Of a stretch of DNA of 64,000 nt, positions 1 to 12,731 are shown in pieces (the stretch's first letter is position 1; each line of letters starts with the position of its first letter). Below the pieces are notes generated by a model. It was not told where the DNA came from. It searched no databases and was given only the letters and a program-made list of their open reading frames with translations. The stretch is from Octopus vulgaris (Eukaryota), in the NCBI GenBank assembly GCA_951406725.2, contig OX597830.1, positions 52,142,001 to 52,206,000 on the forward strand. The letters run 5' to 3'. The position numbers and the translations under genes were made by a program.

Positions 1-328
<328 letters not shown>

Positions 329-413
329 CATGCATGTTAGGTTGTATTATTTATTACATTTTAGTATAGAAATTTAGAAAATGCGTCTTATGATATATAT
401 ATATATAAGTATA

Positions 414-1215
414 CAGGCAGTTCCAGAGTTACGAACGCCCTGCATACGAATATCCATAGTTAGAAACCAACCCCCGTAAAGTTTATGATTTTGAAAATGA
501 AGTTGTTACAGACAATAGTTGATAATAGCGAACCGGTGGATTACTCTGCAGTAAACATCCAAACATTATGCGTTTTCAACGGTTCGTCAGCTCGAGGAAG
601 GACAGCGCCGCGCCATCGCAGTTTTAAGTTGGATCGTGTAAACAGTGTATTGTGTATGTTATTTGCGTTAGTGTTTTTCTTGTGTTTACCCTTGTGATTA
701 TACCTTCAAAGCGTAAATCCGATGCAAGTTCTGCTGATACATCAAAGAAATGAGAAACGATTGAAATTAAAGTAGAAATAATAGAGCGATCGGTAAAAAG
801 GGGAAACGCCAACGAGCATTCTAAAAGTGGTTGGCTACAGTCGATCAGCGTTCGAGACAATTTTAAAGGACAAAGGATGATGGAACATTTAAAAATTCTC
901 TTCGGCGATAACAGCTGCCATTATCAATCACTATCGCAGTGGTTTCATAATTGAAACGGCAAGGTTATTGGCTGTTTTGTCAAACGATCAAATCAACGTG
1001 AGAGGTCTATTACCCCCGGTTCAGTGCTACAAAAGACTTGAAGCCCTTTTATGGGAATTAAAAGCTGCATAGGCAGCGGGGAAAGATGGTTCTGAAGAAT
1101 AATTTGTACCGATTACACATTGGTTCAATCGGTTTGACAGGAAATTAAATTGACACACTATTAAAGTGCGAGGGGAACCAAAGAATAACGATGTGGATGT
1201 TCCAAGTATTTTTCC
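414..1215 (+). mobile_element. Degenerate pogo/Tigger-like DNA transposon 5' part
   Basis: TA-CAGGCAGTTCCAGAGTTACGAAC Tigger-type end at 412-436; decayed CENP-B-like HTH from ~700 (PSKRKSDASSADTSKK*ETIEIKVEIIERS); WFNRF and KVRGE motifs at ~1121-1176. Confidence 0.7.
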
Positions 1216-1458
1216 GAAATTTTTTTTACATGTTTCAGCTGTTTGACAGTGGCCCTGATTGGACACCGCCTTGAAGAACTTTTAGTCAAATATATCGACC
1301 ACGGGACATTGTTTTTAATCCTAGTACTTATTCTATAGATTTATTTTGCCGAACCGCTAGGTCATGTGGACGTAGACACCACCACATGCCGTTTGTTTAG
1401 CGGTAGTGCCGGACAAGCACAGACGCAAAGATACGCATATATATATATATATATATTA

Positions 1459-1742
1459 CAGAGATGTACTTGCATAGCAAGTGACCTAATCTGAGATTGT
1501 GTGCTGGAATGAAAACAATTGCAGCGTGGAAGGTGTTTATAAGTCATTTAAAAAACACACAAAAACCGTTAGATTCACTTCAACATTTAAATTTAATTTA
1601 CCAAAATTCCGTGCTGCATCTGATGCAGTGAATAGTGAACAGGTCGCGGTCTCAAAGCGACGAAAATATTTTGGCAAAGTAAATCTAACGGTTTTTGTGT
1701 GTTTCTTAAATGACTTATAAACACCTTCCACACTACAATTGT
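1459..1742. mobile_element. Fold-back element (Penelope pLTR-like) inserted in (TA)n
   Basis: ~60-bp inverted repeats 1516-1575 and 1682-1742 (ACAATTG..GTGGAAGGTGTTTATAAGTCATTTAA..CACACAAAAACCGTTAGATT). Confidence 0.8.
1631..1676 (+). ncRNA. Candidate minimal hammerhead ribozyme, G3:C8 core variant (stem I damaged)
   Basis: GTGAACA-G-GTCGC-ggtctcaaa-GCGAC-GAAA-ATATTTT: perfect 5-bp stem II, GAAA, palindromic stem III AAAATATTTT. Confidence 0.45.
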
Positions 1743-1746
1743 ATGC

Positions 1747-1802
<56 letters not shown>

Positions 1803-2434
1803 ATGTATATATGTATATATGTATGTACACGACGGGCTTCTTTCAGTTCCCATCTACCAAATCCACTCACAAGGCTTTGGTCGGCCCGAGGCTATAGTCG
1901 AGGCTATGGTAGAAGTCTGTGAGCAATGAACCTAACCGAAGACAAAAATCCTGTTACACTGTGTAATAGTTCTGAATAGTATATCCCCTACCCAACTCCA
2001 TTTCCATTGATGTATGTCTCGACCACTTTCATTGTTCCATATTCACTGCAGTCGAAGCGGCCGAACAGTGCAATACGAGGTAGTTTGTGTTCTGCGGTGA
2101 TAAATTACGTAAGAGAGTCTTCCGACCCAATGAGATTCATTTGACCCTCATTGACGCGTTAATGTCACTGTTTTGCCATAGCATACCGCATTCTGGTGGC
2201 ATATGTCCACCGTTTTCTGCTTAAGACGGGGTTTCTCAAAATCTTTTCGTACCATGACCCATTTTAATTCTTCACAAGACTGTCCCTACTATGAACAGAC
2301 AAAATTAGTGTACGTACAGGTGCATATATATATGTATGTGTGTGCACGTATGTTCATAACAAGTTCTAATTAAAACTTTATTAAAAATTAACTATTTATA
2401 TTCACTTATTATTTATATTCTCCCAATAAGGACA

Positions 2435-2700
2435 CATAGTATAGTGGTTAGGGTTTTGCATTCATGAACACGAAATCGTGGGTTCGTTTCCCGGATCGGG
2501 CAGTGCGTTGCATCCTTAAACAAAACACTTCATTTCGTGCCGCTCTACGATCCCTTCGATATATGACGCGCGGCACACCGTTCACTTCTACAGACAAGTA
2601 ATATTGATTTGTCGGGGGAATCCAGCCTATGTGCATCACAAATATTTGATCACTATAAACAAATCATTTGTGCAAATTTGTTTCTGCAAGAAACTACAGG
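2435..2700 (+). mobile_element. Degenerate tRNA-derived SINE
   Basis: A-box-like TAGTGGTTAGGG, B-box-like GGTTCGTTTCCC; head resembles the SINE at 28054. Confidence 0.55.
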
Positions 2701-3437
2701 ACCTTCTTTCCCAAATACGAGAGTGTACCATTAAATCAATATATTATTGCCATCCCGAAGAAACCACTGCTCTATCAAAATATTGCCATGTCCCTACAGG
2801 CTTAGACGCTAGAAACTTAGCAGGGTTGACTGGTATTGCCAATTAAGTCCACGCGGCTAGTAGGACACATTGTATCTTCTCATCCACCTCTTTACACTTG
2901 GTAAACGTTAAAATTTTCTTCTGATTTAGCAGAAAGAACTTCTCGATTTCAGTGTCGAGTGCTGTGTCGGTTATTTGTTTCAAAAGTGTGACATTCTCTG
3001 CGTTTTTGATATGACGGTACTGCTTTTTGATTGGTCTCATCTTTACAATTTATGTAAAGAGGGAAAATCTATATTCAAACATCTTTTGATCATTATTTAA
3101 GGAAAATTACACCAGAAAGGAAACCCCTTGCAGCAGAATAAATCAATGTCTGAAACTACAGCACCAGGTCTGCTTTTCCACCACCAGTGCCATCGTCTTT
3201 GATAGTGGACATCGCAGGCCCGAACTCGCCCAACACCACAGCCATCATCTTTTACAATAGACATCTGTCTCCCCAATAACCAACTAAAGTCATGTTAATC
3301 AAGTAAGCCCTTTCCGCTATAAGAAACATCAATAGAAACGTGATGTTTCCCGTTAATCAGTAACTTTACTTGATCTAAACTGTTTAAGTGTTTCTTTAAT
3401 GATTATATACCCAAACGCCGCCACACACAGACACACA

Positions 3438-3639
3438 AACATACATACATACATACATACATACATGCATACATACATACATACATACATACGGACACAT
3501 ACTTAGATACATACATGCATACATACATACGTACATACATACACACATACATACATACATACATACATACATACATACATACATAATACTGACACATACA
3601 TACATGCATAGATACATACACACATACATACATACATAC

Positions 3640-3670
<31 letters not shown>

Positions 3671-4258
3671 CATACATACATACATACATACATACGTACA
3701 CATACATACACACATGCATACATACATGCATACATACATACAAACGTACACACATACATACACACATATATACATATATACGTACACACATACATACATA
3801 CATACATACATGCATACATACATACATACATACATACATACATACATGCATACATACATACATACATACATACATTCATGCATGCATACATACAAACATA
3901 CAGATATACATACATACATACATGCATACATACATACATACATGCATACATACATGCATGCATGCATACATACTTACATACATACATACATGCATACATA
4001 CATACATACATACATGCATGCATACATACATACATACATACATACATACATGCATACATACATACATGCATACATACATACGTACACACATACATACATA
4101 CTTACATACATACTTACATACATACATACGTACACACATACATACATACTTACATACATACATACATACATACATACGTACATACATACATACATACATA
4201 CATACATACATACATACATACATACATACATACATACATACATACATACATACATACA
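3438..4258. repeat. (TACA)n microsatellite
   Basis: Directly visible. Confidence 0.97.
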
Positions 4259-4329
4259 CGTGCGCATGCATTCTGCACAGCTCCAGAAACATTCTATACC
4301 ACTCTCCCGCTTTTGTTCAGTAATAAATA

Positions 4330-4330
<1 letters not shown>

Positions 4331-4396
<66 letters not shown>

Positions 4397-4459
4397 AATA
4401 TTATTATTATTATTGTTATTGATATTATCATCATTATTATCATTATTATTATTATTATC

Positions 4460-4542
<83 letters not shown>

Positions 4543-4607
4543 TATTATTATTATTATTATTATTATAATTATTATAATTATTATTATCCTTATTATTATT
4601 ATCATCA

Positions 4608-4674
<67 letters not shown>

Positions 4675-4676
4675 CA

Positions 4677-4725
<49 letters not shown>

Positions 4726-4773
4726 CATTATTATTATTATTATTGTTATTATCATCATCATCATCATCATCAT
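4331..4773. repeat. (TAT)n/(CAT)n microsatellite
   Basis: Directly visible. Confidence 0.97.
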
Positions 4774-4799
4774 TGTCGACGTGGTAGTCGTTCTCATCA

Positions 4800-5260
4800 T
4801 TAAGTTTTAAAACGGTTTCATGTAAGACTCTACTCAATCCCCTTCTGCCTCTCTCTGCTCTGCGTGATGTTTACAACAAAATAAATCTTAGAATCTCTAC
4901 TCTACTCCACTCCACCAGCCTTTTGATTTGTTACATGGTTCCACTTGTTTCTGGGGCGATGTAAATGTTTCCTCCATTGTGTAACAGAGGTTGTACAACG
5001 TCTGTGCGTTGAGCTGCGATTGTTATCCGGTGAATATTCATTTTTTCTCCAGGTCATGTCTTTTTCTCCAGGTCATGTATTTCAAAGTCTCAGACAGTGA
5101 GTGTGTATGGCATGGAGCGTGTGTGGCTTGTGTGGCATTAATGCCTTGCTGTTATGTAAAATGTGAGTAGCGTGAACCAATTAGTCAAAGTGTCAGGTAT
5201 CGGTTAAGGAAGCGTGTGGATTGTCTTATGTGGATTGTCTAAATGGTTGATGATTGTGTG
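4800..5260 (-). mobile_element. Possible decayed LINE 3' fragment
   Basis: Weak minus-strand resemblance to the C-terminus of I-group LINE ORF2 (RITIAAQ); heavily degenerate. Confidence 0.25.
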
Positions 5261-5263
5261 GAG

Positions 5264-5517
5264 CAGCAGTTTTCAACCCTTTCTTTTTACCTACGGACCC
5301 CTTGGATTTCTATTTTACTCGGATGGATCATCCCTACCACTCAATTTTTACTAATCCTTTAGTAGAAAAGGTTATTAGTTATTCGGAATTGTATAAAGAT
5401 AGCGTTGATGTATTTTGTACATTGTAGAAATATCACCAGTTTATTGCGCATACATTTTAGCAACGAAATCTTATATGAATACCCAAGGGCCATATAGGCC
5501 TCGATTGAGAGCCACTA
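5264..5517. mobile_element. hAT (Charlie-like) MITE
   Basis: Imperfect TIRs CAGCAGTTTTCAACC / GATTGAGAGCCACTA; 8-bp flanks GTGTGGAG / GTGTAGAC resemble a TSD. Confidence 0.6.
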
Positions 5518-6280
5518 GTGTAGACCATGTTTTGTGGTTATTGCACGAGGTTATAAGGCTGTGTGCATCGTAATAATAACGTGAGATGCGCACTTGTAAA
5601 AATATATTGTGTAGGATGTAGCCTGCACCAAGCAGAACTAATTCTTCATTGGATACACATTTGATAATGTAATTCCAGATACACAATTCATATTTCATAA
5701 TGTAGTCCCGAATGCAAAATAATACATAATTGTTTCAGATATAAAAATAACATATATTTTATAACGTTGTCATAGAGACACAATGACACACATTCGGTAA
5801 TGCAACGCTTTCAAATCTGACATCATCATCGTCATCGTCGTCGTCGTCATTGTGGTTGCTGTTGTTGTGGTGTTGACTCACTTATGTGAACCGACTCATG
5901 TTCAGTTAGTTCAGAGAAAACATGATTTTTATCAAGTTTTACAGGATACAAAACCAAAATATTTTCTGAATTATTTTAAAACTAGAGAACTAAGAAACTT
6001 GTAGATATTTGTTCCAATAAGTCTACAGCCGTGCCCTACAACAGGTACAGGAAGTAAAATGATATCATTGGTGGTGTTAAGGAGAAAACCCTACTGTCGA
6101 ACCACAGAGGTTTCTCTGTGGTCCCTCAATGCACTCTGGATACACAGCAATACATATTTGATAATGTAGACACAGATAGACAATTCATATTTCAGAATTG
6201 AGTCACAAATCCAAAATAATACGTATTAGATAATGCCGTCCTAGACACGTAATAACACACATGTCATACTTCATAATATA

Positions 6281-6511
6281 TATTTCTTTACTACCCACAA
6301 GGGGCTAAACACAGACGGGACAAACAAGGACAGACGAACGGATTAAGTCGATTATATCGACCCCAGTGTGTAACTGGTACTTAATTTATCGACCCCGAAA
6401 GGATGAAAGGCAAAGTCGACCTCGGCGGAATTTGAACTCGGAACGTAACGACAGACGAAATACAGCTACGCATTTCGCCCGGCGTGCTAACGTTTCTGCC
6501 AGCTCGCCGCC
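6281..6511 (-). mobile_element. SINE family A, full monomer with 16-bp TSD
   Basis: Head GGCGGCGAGCTGGCAGAAACGTTAGC, B-box GAGTTCAAATTCC, body GCCTTTCATCCTTTCGGGGTCGATAAATTAAGTACCAG; TSD CATACTTCATAATATA at 6265-6280 and 6512-6527. Confidence 0.92.
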
Positions 6512-6654
6512 CATACTTCATAATATAGTCCCAAATACATATTTGATACGGTTGACCTAGATATACTATAATACTTTTAATCCGGTTCTCAGGGCGAGAC
6601 GGTGCGACACAACAAAGCTCGAGCCTTGGACTGTAAGCCCTAGATACAATTTGG

Positions 6655-6957
6655 AGGCAAAAGGGGGAGGGGGAGGGAGAAAAAGAAGGAAGAGGGCAAA
6701 CGGGAGGAGGAGGAGTTGGATGAGGAGGGGGGACAATCGGGGAAAGAGGAGGAGAAGAAAAGAAGAAGAAGAAGAAGAAGAAGAAGAAGAAGAAGGAGGA
6801 AGAGGGGAGGAGAAGAAGAAGGAAAAGAAGAAGAAGGAGAGGAAGGAGAGGAAGTGGGAAGAGGAAGAAGAAGTGGAAGAAGAAGAAGAAGAAGAAGAAG
6901 AAGAAGAAGAAGAAGAAGAAGAAGAAGAAGAAGAAGAAGAAGAAGAAGAAGAAGAAA
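6655..6957. repeat. Polypurine (GAA/GGA)n tract
   Basis: Directly visible. Confidence 0.95.
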
Positions 6958-7354
6958 TCTCAGTACTACACTTCTATTCATTTATCGAGGAAACCAAGAG
7001 TACAGTTGACTTCTACAGGATTGTGCAATCAGAACGCAGAAACCCGAACAAGCGGTACAAAGTAATCTATGCGACGCTGTTATATCCCTCACCCATGGCG
7101 CGCATTGTACAGCGAGATATTGTGTGTCTTTCTAGAAACAGAATATCGGAAGACGTACCTATACAAGTATCAGTACATCTTTCTAGATACGGTATTTGAG
7201 ATGAACAATTTAAAAAAAAACATTGAACACATACACCACCATAGGTCTTCTTAATGAGTGCTAGTCGGTTACTAAAACAACAGCAACATGAACAATAAAC
7301 TACTACAACTATTAAAGCTGTTGCAGCTTCTACTACTACTACTACTACTACTAC

Positions 7355-7406
<52 letters not shown>

Positions 7407-8090
7407 GCGGTGGCGGCGGCGGTGGTGGTGGTGGTGGTGGAAGTGGTGATGGCGGCGGTTGCTGCTGCTGCTGTTGCTCCTACAATTACACCAACATGTC
7501 ATAACTAAAAAATAAAGAAAACAAAATATAAAAGGCATCGAATAACTAATGACATTAGTAATTACTAAACACCAAATGAAATTAACGTGTTGAAGTGGGA
7601 CGAAACTGACGACAATTTAATTGTTGTATGTGTCCAGTCGATGTCCAGAAGGGATATCAATAAAATGAAATGATTAAATCAATAAATGAGATACTTAAGC
7701 GACTACACGGATATTTAATGAAATTATCGCTTGCTCGGTCGTAGCTTATCCCTTTACGTGCACAGATTACTGAGAGATTTACTTATCTATGTATGAGCAC
7801 TACCATGTTTTAGGGAGGGATCGATCTAGGTGGAGTATTATTCCGACACATTGTTTTGGTTCACAACAGTGAAAGAGGAATCGATCGGGATCGATACAAG
7901 TTCGATCTTCTTTATCATCGTAATATCTTCTATATTGCATGTGTGTGTGCCTGTGTACGTGATCGCACCTGTATCTGTGTGTGTGTGTATGTGTGTGTGT
8001 GTCGTGGTTAGGTTATTCGTCTCACAGTCATAACGTCCTGAGTGCGATTCCTGTTGGCGCGTGGTATTCTTGAGCAAGACAATTTCTATC

Positions 8091-8903
8091 TAGACTTGAG
8101 CAATGATTGTTGCATTAGGTGGTAACAATTCAAAGTGAATTACTCTTTTACAATCCCACCAGATAGAGAGAATAATCTTTTTCCCATGAAGTTCTCTTCT
8201 CGGTTGTGGTTGACCTTTTTCCCTTTTACCAAGCCACTGTTTACAACGTTTAGCATAGCGATAGAAGATACATTTTTCGTCACCAGTCACAAGTCTATTC
8301 AAAAATGAGTTCGTAAGAATGGAGAGAAGAGCAGATGTCAACTCGGGATTTGCGCTTGCTTTCGGACAATTCATGAGGCACTCATTTTCCAAGTTTAGGA
8401 ACTTTTCCAAGTTGTTGATGGACAGTTGTATGGTTTGAACTAATCTTTATTGCCAATTCTTCAACTGATAATGCAGGATTTTTTTCAAATAATGCCTCAG
8501 AGTGCTTATCATCAAACTCAACAGGACGTCCTGTTTAGTCTTCATCTTCAAGGTTGAAATCTCCACTTCTGAATTTTGCTAACAATCTTCTGCAAGTTCT
8601 TTCATTCAAGCATTCTTTTCCATAAACTGAGTCTATGCTTCGAGTCGCTTCAGCTGCAGAGTTTCCTTTTTTGTATTCATAAAGCATTATGCGCCTCAAA
8701 TGCTCTTCAGATACTTCCATGTTAGAAAGGATTTAATCATAGAAATTTTAATTCTATTATTCTGTAAAATAATATCTAATTGGTTTAAACGTACACAAAT
8801 GCATAAAAATAATTTTTAATTCCATTAGACATTCTAAAATACTATTAAGTTTCATTCAATTATAAAAACCGTAAAATCGGACAGAACTTATGAGATGACC
8901 TTA
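8091..8903 (-). mobile_element. Mariner element, 3'-truncated copy
   Basis: TIR ends at 8903 followed by TA; frameshifted MEVSEEHLRRIMLYEYKKG and LNRLVTGDEKCIFY; paralog of 20354-21156. Confidence 0.92.
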
Positions 8904-9027
8904 TACTTCTTACGTATGACAAGCCCTCACGAATTCAAAATCATTTACTCGATTGTAGATGAGATACAACCCTACAGGAAACGTAGCTTCAAATGAAAAA
9001 TGTAGAGTGACTTTTGTTGGAACGGTA

Positions 9028-10214
9028 CGAGGGGCGTTCAATAAGTAATGCCTCTGACCCATTTGCAGTTGCTTGATCTAGCTGAAATTTAGCATGTGCA
9101 ATTATTTATATCTCTATAGATTACGTGGCAAATTACAGCTCTGAACTAATTGTGGTTTCTGATTTACAGGTGTTTGAACTGAGTCAAGTGTGAAATGGAG
9201 CCTGTTGAGTGTCGAGCAGTGATCTGGTTTTTGTATTTGAAAGGACGCACATCACGGGAGACTTTTTATGAAATGAAAGAAACTTATGGTGATGATACCC
9301 CATCATATGACCTTGTAAAACGCTGACATCAAACATGGTCGGAACTCTGTGGAAACAGCTCCCAGATCTGGTCGCCCCCCTTCTGCCATTGATGAGGCAT
9401 CTGTCCGTCAAGTTGAGGCTGCCATTTTGGAAGATCGACGCGTAACTATTCGCCAAATAGCCCATGAGGTCAAGATTAGTACCGGGTCTGTGGAAACTAT
9501 CATTCATGACCATTTGCATATGCAAAAAGTTGTCTGCCAGATGGATTCCCAGGCTGCTCACACCTTTCCAGAAGCAAGAACGCGTCGAGTGCTCGAGGAT
9601 GAATTTGGAGATGTGCCAAGAAGATGAGTCAAAATTTTTCAAAAGACTGATTACACAGGATGAAACCTGGCTCCATCACTATGATCCAGAGACCAAAGCC
9701 CAGTCAATGCAGTGGAAGCACCGTGACTCACCTCCTCCAAAGAAGGCAAGAGTGCAGCCCTCCGCTGGCAAGGTCATGCTCACAGTCTTCTGGGACCAGG
9801 ACGGAGTAGTGATGACAGATTTCCTGGCAAAGGGTACCACAATTACAGGAGTCTATTATGCTTCACTTTCGAGGAAATTAAGAGAAGCTATCAAAATCAA
9901 GAGGGGGGGCAAGATCAGCAAAGGCATCCTCCTCCTGCAGGACAACGCTCCGGTCCACAACTCGCGTGTCGCCAGATCAGAAGCACAGGCGTACGGCTAT
10001 GAACTCGCAGCCTTGATTTCTGAAGTCACGTCGTGGTTGGAGGACCAAGCTGGGGTCTTCTACAAAAACGGTCTCCAGAGCTGCATCAAACGATGGGAGA
10101 AATGCGTAACTCTAGGTGGTTCCTATGTAGAAAAAGACTAATGACTGTGCCAAGTTTCGTTGCTCTACTGCTATGGGAAGTTGGTCAGGGGCATTACTTA
10201 TTGAACGCCCCTCG
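9028..10214 (+). mobile_element. Mariner element (irritans-like) with both TIRs, TA TSD and internal deletion
   Basis: TIR CGAGGGGCGTTCAATAAGTAATGCC at both ends; TA at 9026-27 and 10215-16. Confidence 0.95.
9195..10141 (+). pseudogene. Mariner transposase pseudogene
   Basis: PRSGRP, ARWIPRLL, ITQDETW and LLQDNAPVH motifs; stop and frameshift present; YSPDLAP/third Asp segment deleted (GYEL|AALISE). Confidence 0.92.
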
Positions 10215-10556
10215 TAAGTTATGAAAGTTGTTTTAGGAGATTAAAAGGTTTGAAAAGGAAAATAGCCTTATTATGACCTTGTATGCATAGGAAGGAACAT
10301 GTTTTGTGTCAGTGCCAGCCAACATGATTTTTTAACTACTTCATTTAGCCCGGCGTGTTAGCATTTCCGCCAGGGCGGCGTTTTAATCTTCCATAATATA
10401 ATAAATAAAAAGTGAGAAATATTCCCACGCGAACTACAAATGCAATAAAAAAAATGTCCTTGAACAGGGTGTTTTATACATATCGTGCGAACATTTTTTA
10501 AAGAAAACAAATTGAAAAGCGTTCTGTCATTAGTTTTGATATATATATATCCTCGA

Positions 10557-10640
<84 letters not shown>

Positions 10641-10647
<7 letters not shown>

Positions 10648-10709
10648 TCATGAATGGATGTTGTTTTCACAGCGATAATGTGAAAACAACAACCATTCAT
10701 GAATTTATT
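10641..10709. repeat. 31-bp-arm hairpin (second copy at 21646-21714)
   Basis: AATAAATTCATGAATGGATGTTGTTTTCACA-gcgataa-TGTGAAAACAACAACCATTCATGAATTTATT. Confidence 0.9.
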
Positions 10710-10793
10710 TATTTATTAATTTTTTTAAATACATATTTCACCTGTGAATTTGCGTGTGTAATCTGGGAATGCATACAACGAACTTCTCTGCCC

Positions 10794-10865
<72 letters not shown>

Positions 10866-10868
<3 letters not shown>

Positions 10869-11064
10869 CCGCGTGTGCATCGTTGGCGATTTTTCCCTCC
10901 GTTTTTCCTTCCTTGGATCTTTCCCTTTCCTATGTTTCTGACGAAGAGCTCCGCTCGAAACGTTAAATCCTCCTTCTTTCTTTCCTTTCCTGAGCGTCCA
11001 ATAACAATATACCTGTTCCACGACCTCGCGTAGTTGTGTTTTCATGCTTAGATTAACTTTATAA

Positions 11065-11065
<1 letters not shown>
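10866..11065 (+). mobile_element. Solo Penelope-like pLTR fragment between (TG)n and (TA)n
   Basis: Contains a hammerhead motif; similar to the pLTR of the GIY-YIG element at 12752-12950. Confidence 0.7.
10934..10968 (+). ncRNA. Minimal type I hammerhead ribozyme, canonical core
   Basis: gttt-CTGACGA-A-GAGC-tcc-GCTC-GAAA-CGTT-aaat; palindromic stem III AACGTT. Confidence 0.75.
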
Positions 11066-11130
<65 letters not shown>

Positions 11131-11469
11131 CAGTATATGACTCAATAGACACTAAAAGGACTTTCTTAACGAGCTGACCAGGAAGACAAGATCCCTAGGG
11201 TTGCAGATAGAGCTGGATCACTGATGATTTCGCATTCTGATGCTTAATGCATCTTAATGCCCCTCAATGGCTCTCACCGCGCCCAGAGCTAAACTCATCT
11301 CGCTTTGTCAGCTTATAAGATCTCCGTAGAAATCATATGCTCATTTCATAAACGGTAATTCGCAATTTTACAACCTGAAGGCCCCTCATTATTATAGTGC
11401 TTTTTGTAGCCATTGAATTGTTTTGACTATTATTTCTAGCAATACCCCCCCCCTTGTATATTTTAGTGA

Positions 11470-11860
11470 CGTACATATTTCTGTCTTCGAAGACTCATAT
11501 TGTCGTTCAATGTTCGAAATGTGAAGTAGAAAGAGAGCCGACAGCTGATGAAGGGTCGTTCTTTGAGGCTGTGCAAGTACCTCATTTTCATTATCATTTT
11601 CATAGTATCATTCATAAAGATTCGTGTTTATCGGAGGTAGGTCATGCTTCTATGGCTGGCGTGAATTCCCAACTGTTCTCGTCTTTCTGTTCTGAAAATG
11701 TCTAACATTGCCATACGTATTGAATGCTCTCTTCTATATCAGAATATGGAAAACTACACTTAAGGTTTTCCATTTGTTTCTCTCTTTGTTTGCGTATTGA
11801 ACTCATTTGTTTTCGTTTTTCATGTTGTTTATTGTTGGTGATGTCCTGTACACATATATG
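11470..11860 (+). mobile_element. Microsatellite-associated repeat, family shared with 24122-24790 (opposite strand)
   Basis: End GATGTCCTGTACACATATATGCATAT matches the reverse complement of 24119-24144; shared GACAGCTGATGAAGGG segment. Confidence 0.55.
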
Positions 11861-11889
11861 CATATGTATATATATATACATATATATAC

Positions 11890-11998
<109 letters not shown>

Positions 11999-12011
11999 GA
12001 TAGATACCTAC

Positions 12012-12090
<79 letters not shown>

Positions 12091-12096
12091 TAGACA

Positions 12097-12142
<46 letters not shown>

Positions 12143-12221
12143 TATTATTTGATTGAACGCCAGACATCCATTATTTCCAAATATATACATCCATCCATAT
12201 ATATATATATCAAATTACCTA

Positions 12222-12731
12222 CTTAGAAATTCTCTAAAAGAGATAAAGTAGTGATAATACTGAGAAGTAATGTTTATCAAAGTGGCTGCTCCGTAGGAAC
12301 TGAAGTCACTGCTGTTTTAACCCAACCCTACGGTTAAAATGGTAGTGACGTCAGTTCCTACAGAACAGCCATGTTGAAGTGGCGATAGACATTACTTCTC
12401 AGTACAGTTAATTCTTTCATCTCTTTCTATCCAGTCACTTTGGTTGTTAAAAGATCAGTGACTAGCTGTCACTTATTTTCTGTATAGTGCGAGCTGGAGC
12501 GAACTACAGCTAAATCTACCGGACAGGTATCCACCACTGAGGATGAACATCAAAGAGCTTGAAACCTATGGTCTGATGATCCTGTTGCTGGAAAATCGTA
12601 GGGGCTCGCTCCCCTGTTTGCAATATATATCGGGTGCAGATTACACTGAATAACCTGCTGAAGGAGACGTCATCCAGGGGTTTAAATAATAGCAACGTTA
12701 GTTCCTACGGAACAGTCATGTTGAAGTGGCG
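12222..12731 (+). mobile_element. Retrozyme/pLTR-like element: inverted 5' segment plus ~347-nt direct-repeat unit with hammerhead
   Basis: Hairpin 12258-12403; direct repeats 12332-12384 and 12679-12731; hammerhead at 12532-12578. Confidence 0.7.
12523..12585 (+). ncRNA. Type I hammerhead ribozyme with extended stem I
   Basis: ACAGGtATCCACCA-CTGAGGA-tgaac...agctt-GAAA-CC-tat-GG-TC-TGATGATCCTGT; GUC triplet; stem II weakened. Confidence 0.7.

Larger units (their letters stand above)
1232..1915 (-). mobile_element. tRNA-derived SINE family B (CORE-like), split by an insertion in its internal microsatellite
   Basis: 1232-1437 is the reverse complement of the family B tail and 1828-1915 of its body (compare full copies at 38155 and 40077). 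Confidence 0.8.

Noticed and set aside
11221-11260. CTGATGA hammerhead core word
   Set aside because: No stem II followed by GAAA nearby.
11500-11560. GAAA upstream of CTGATGAAGGG (also 24255-24300 minus), suggesting a permuted type II hammerhead
   Set aside because: No stem I pairing or convincing stem III could be drawn in either copy.
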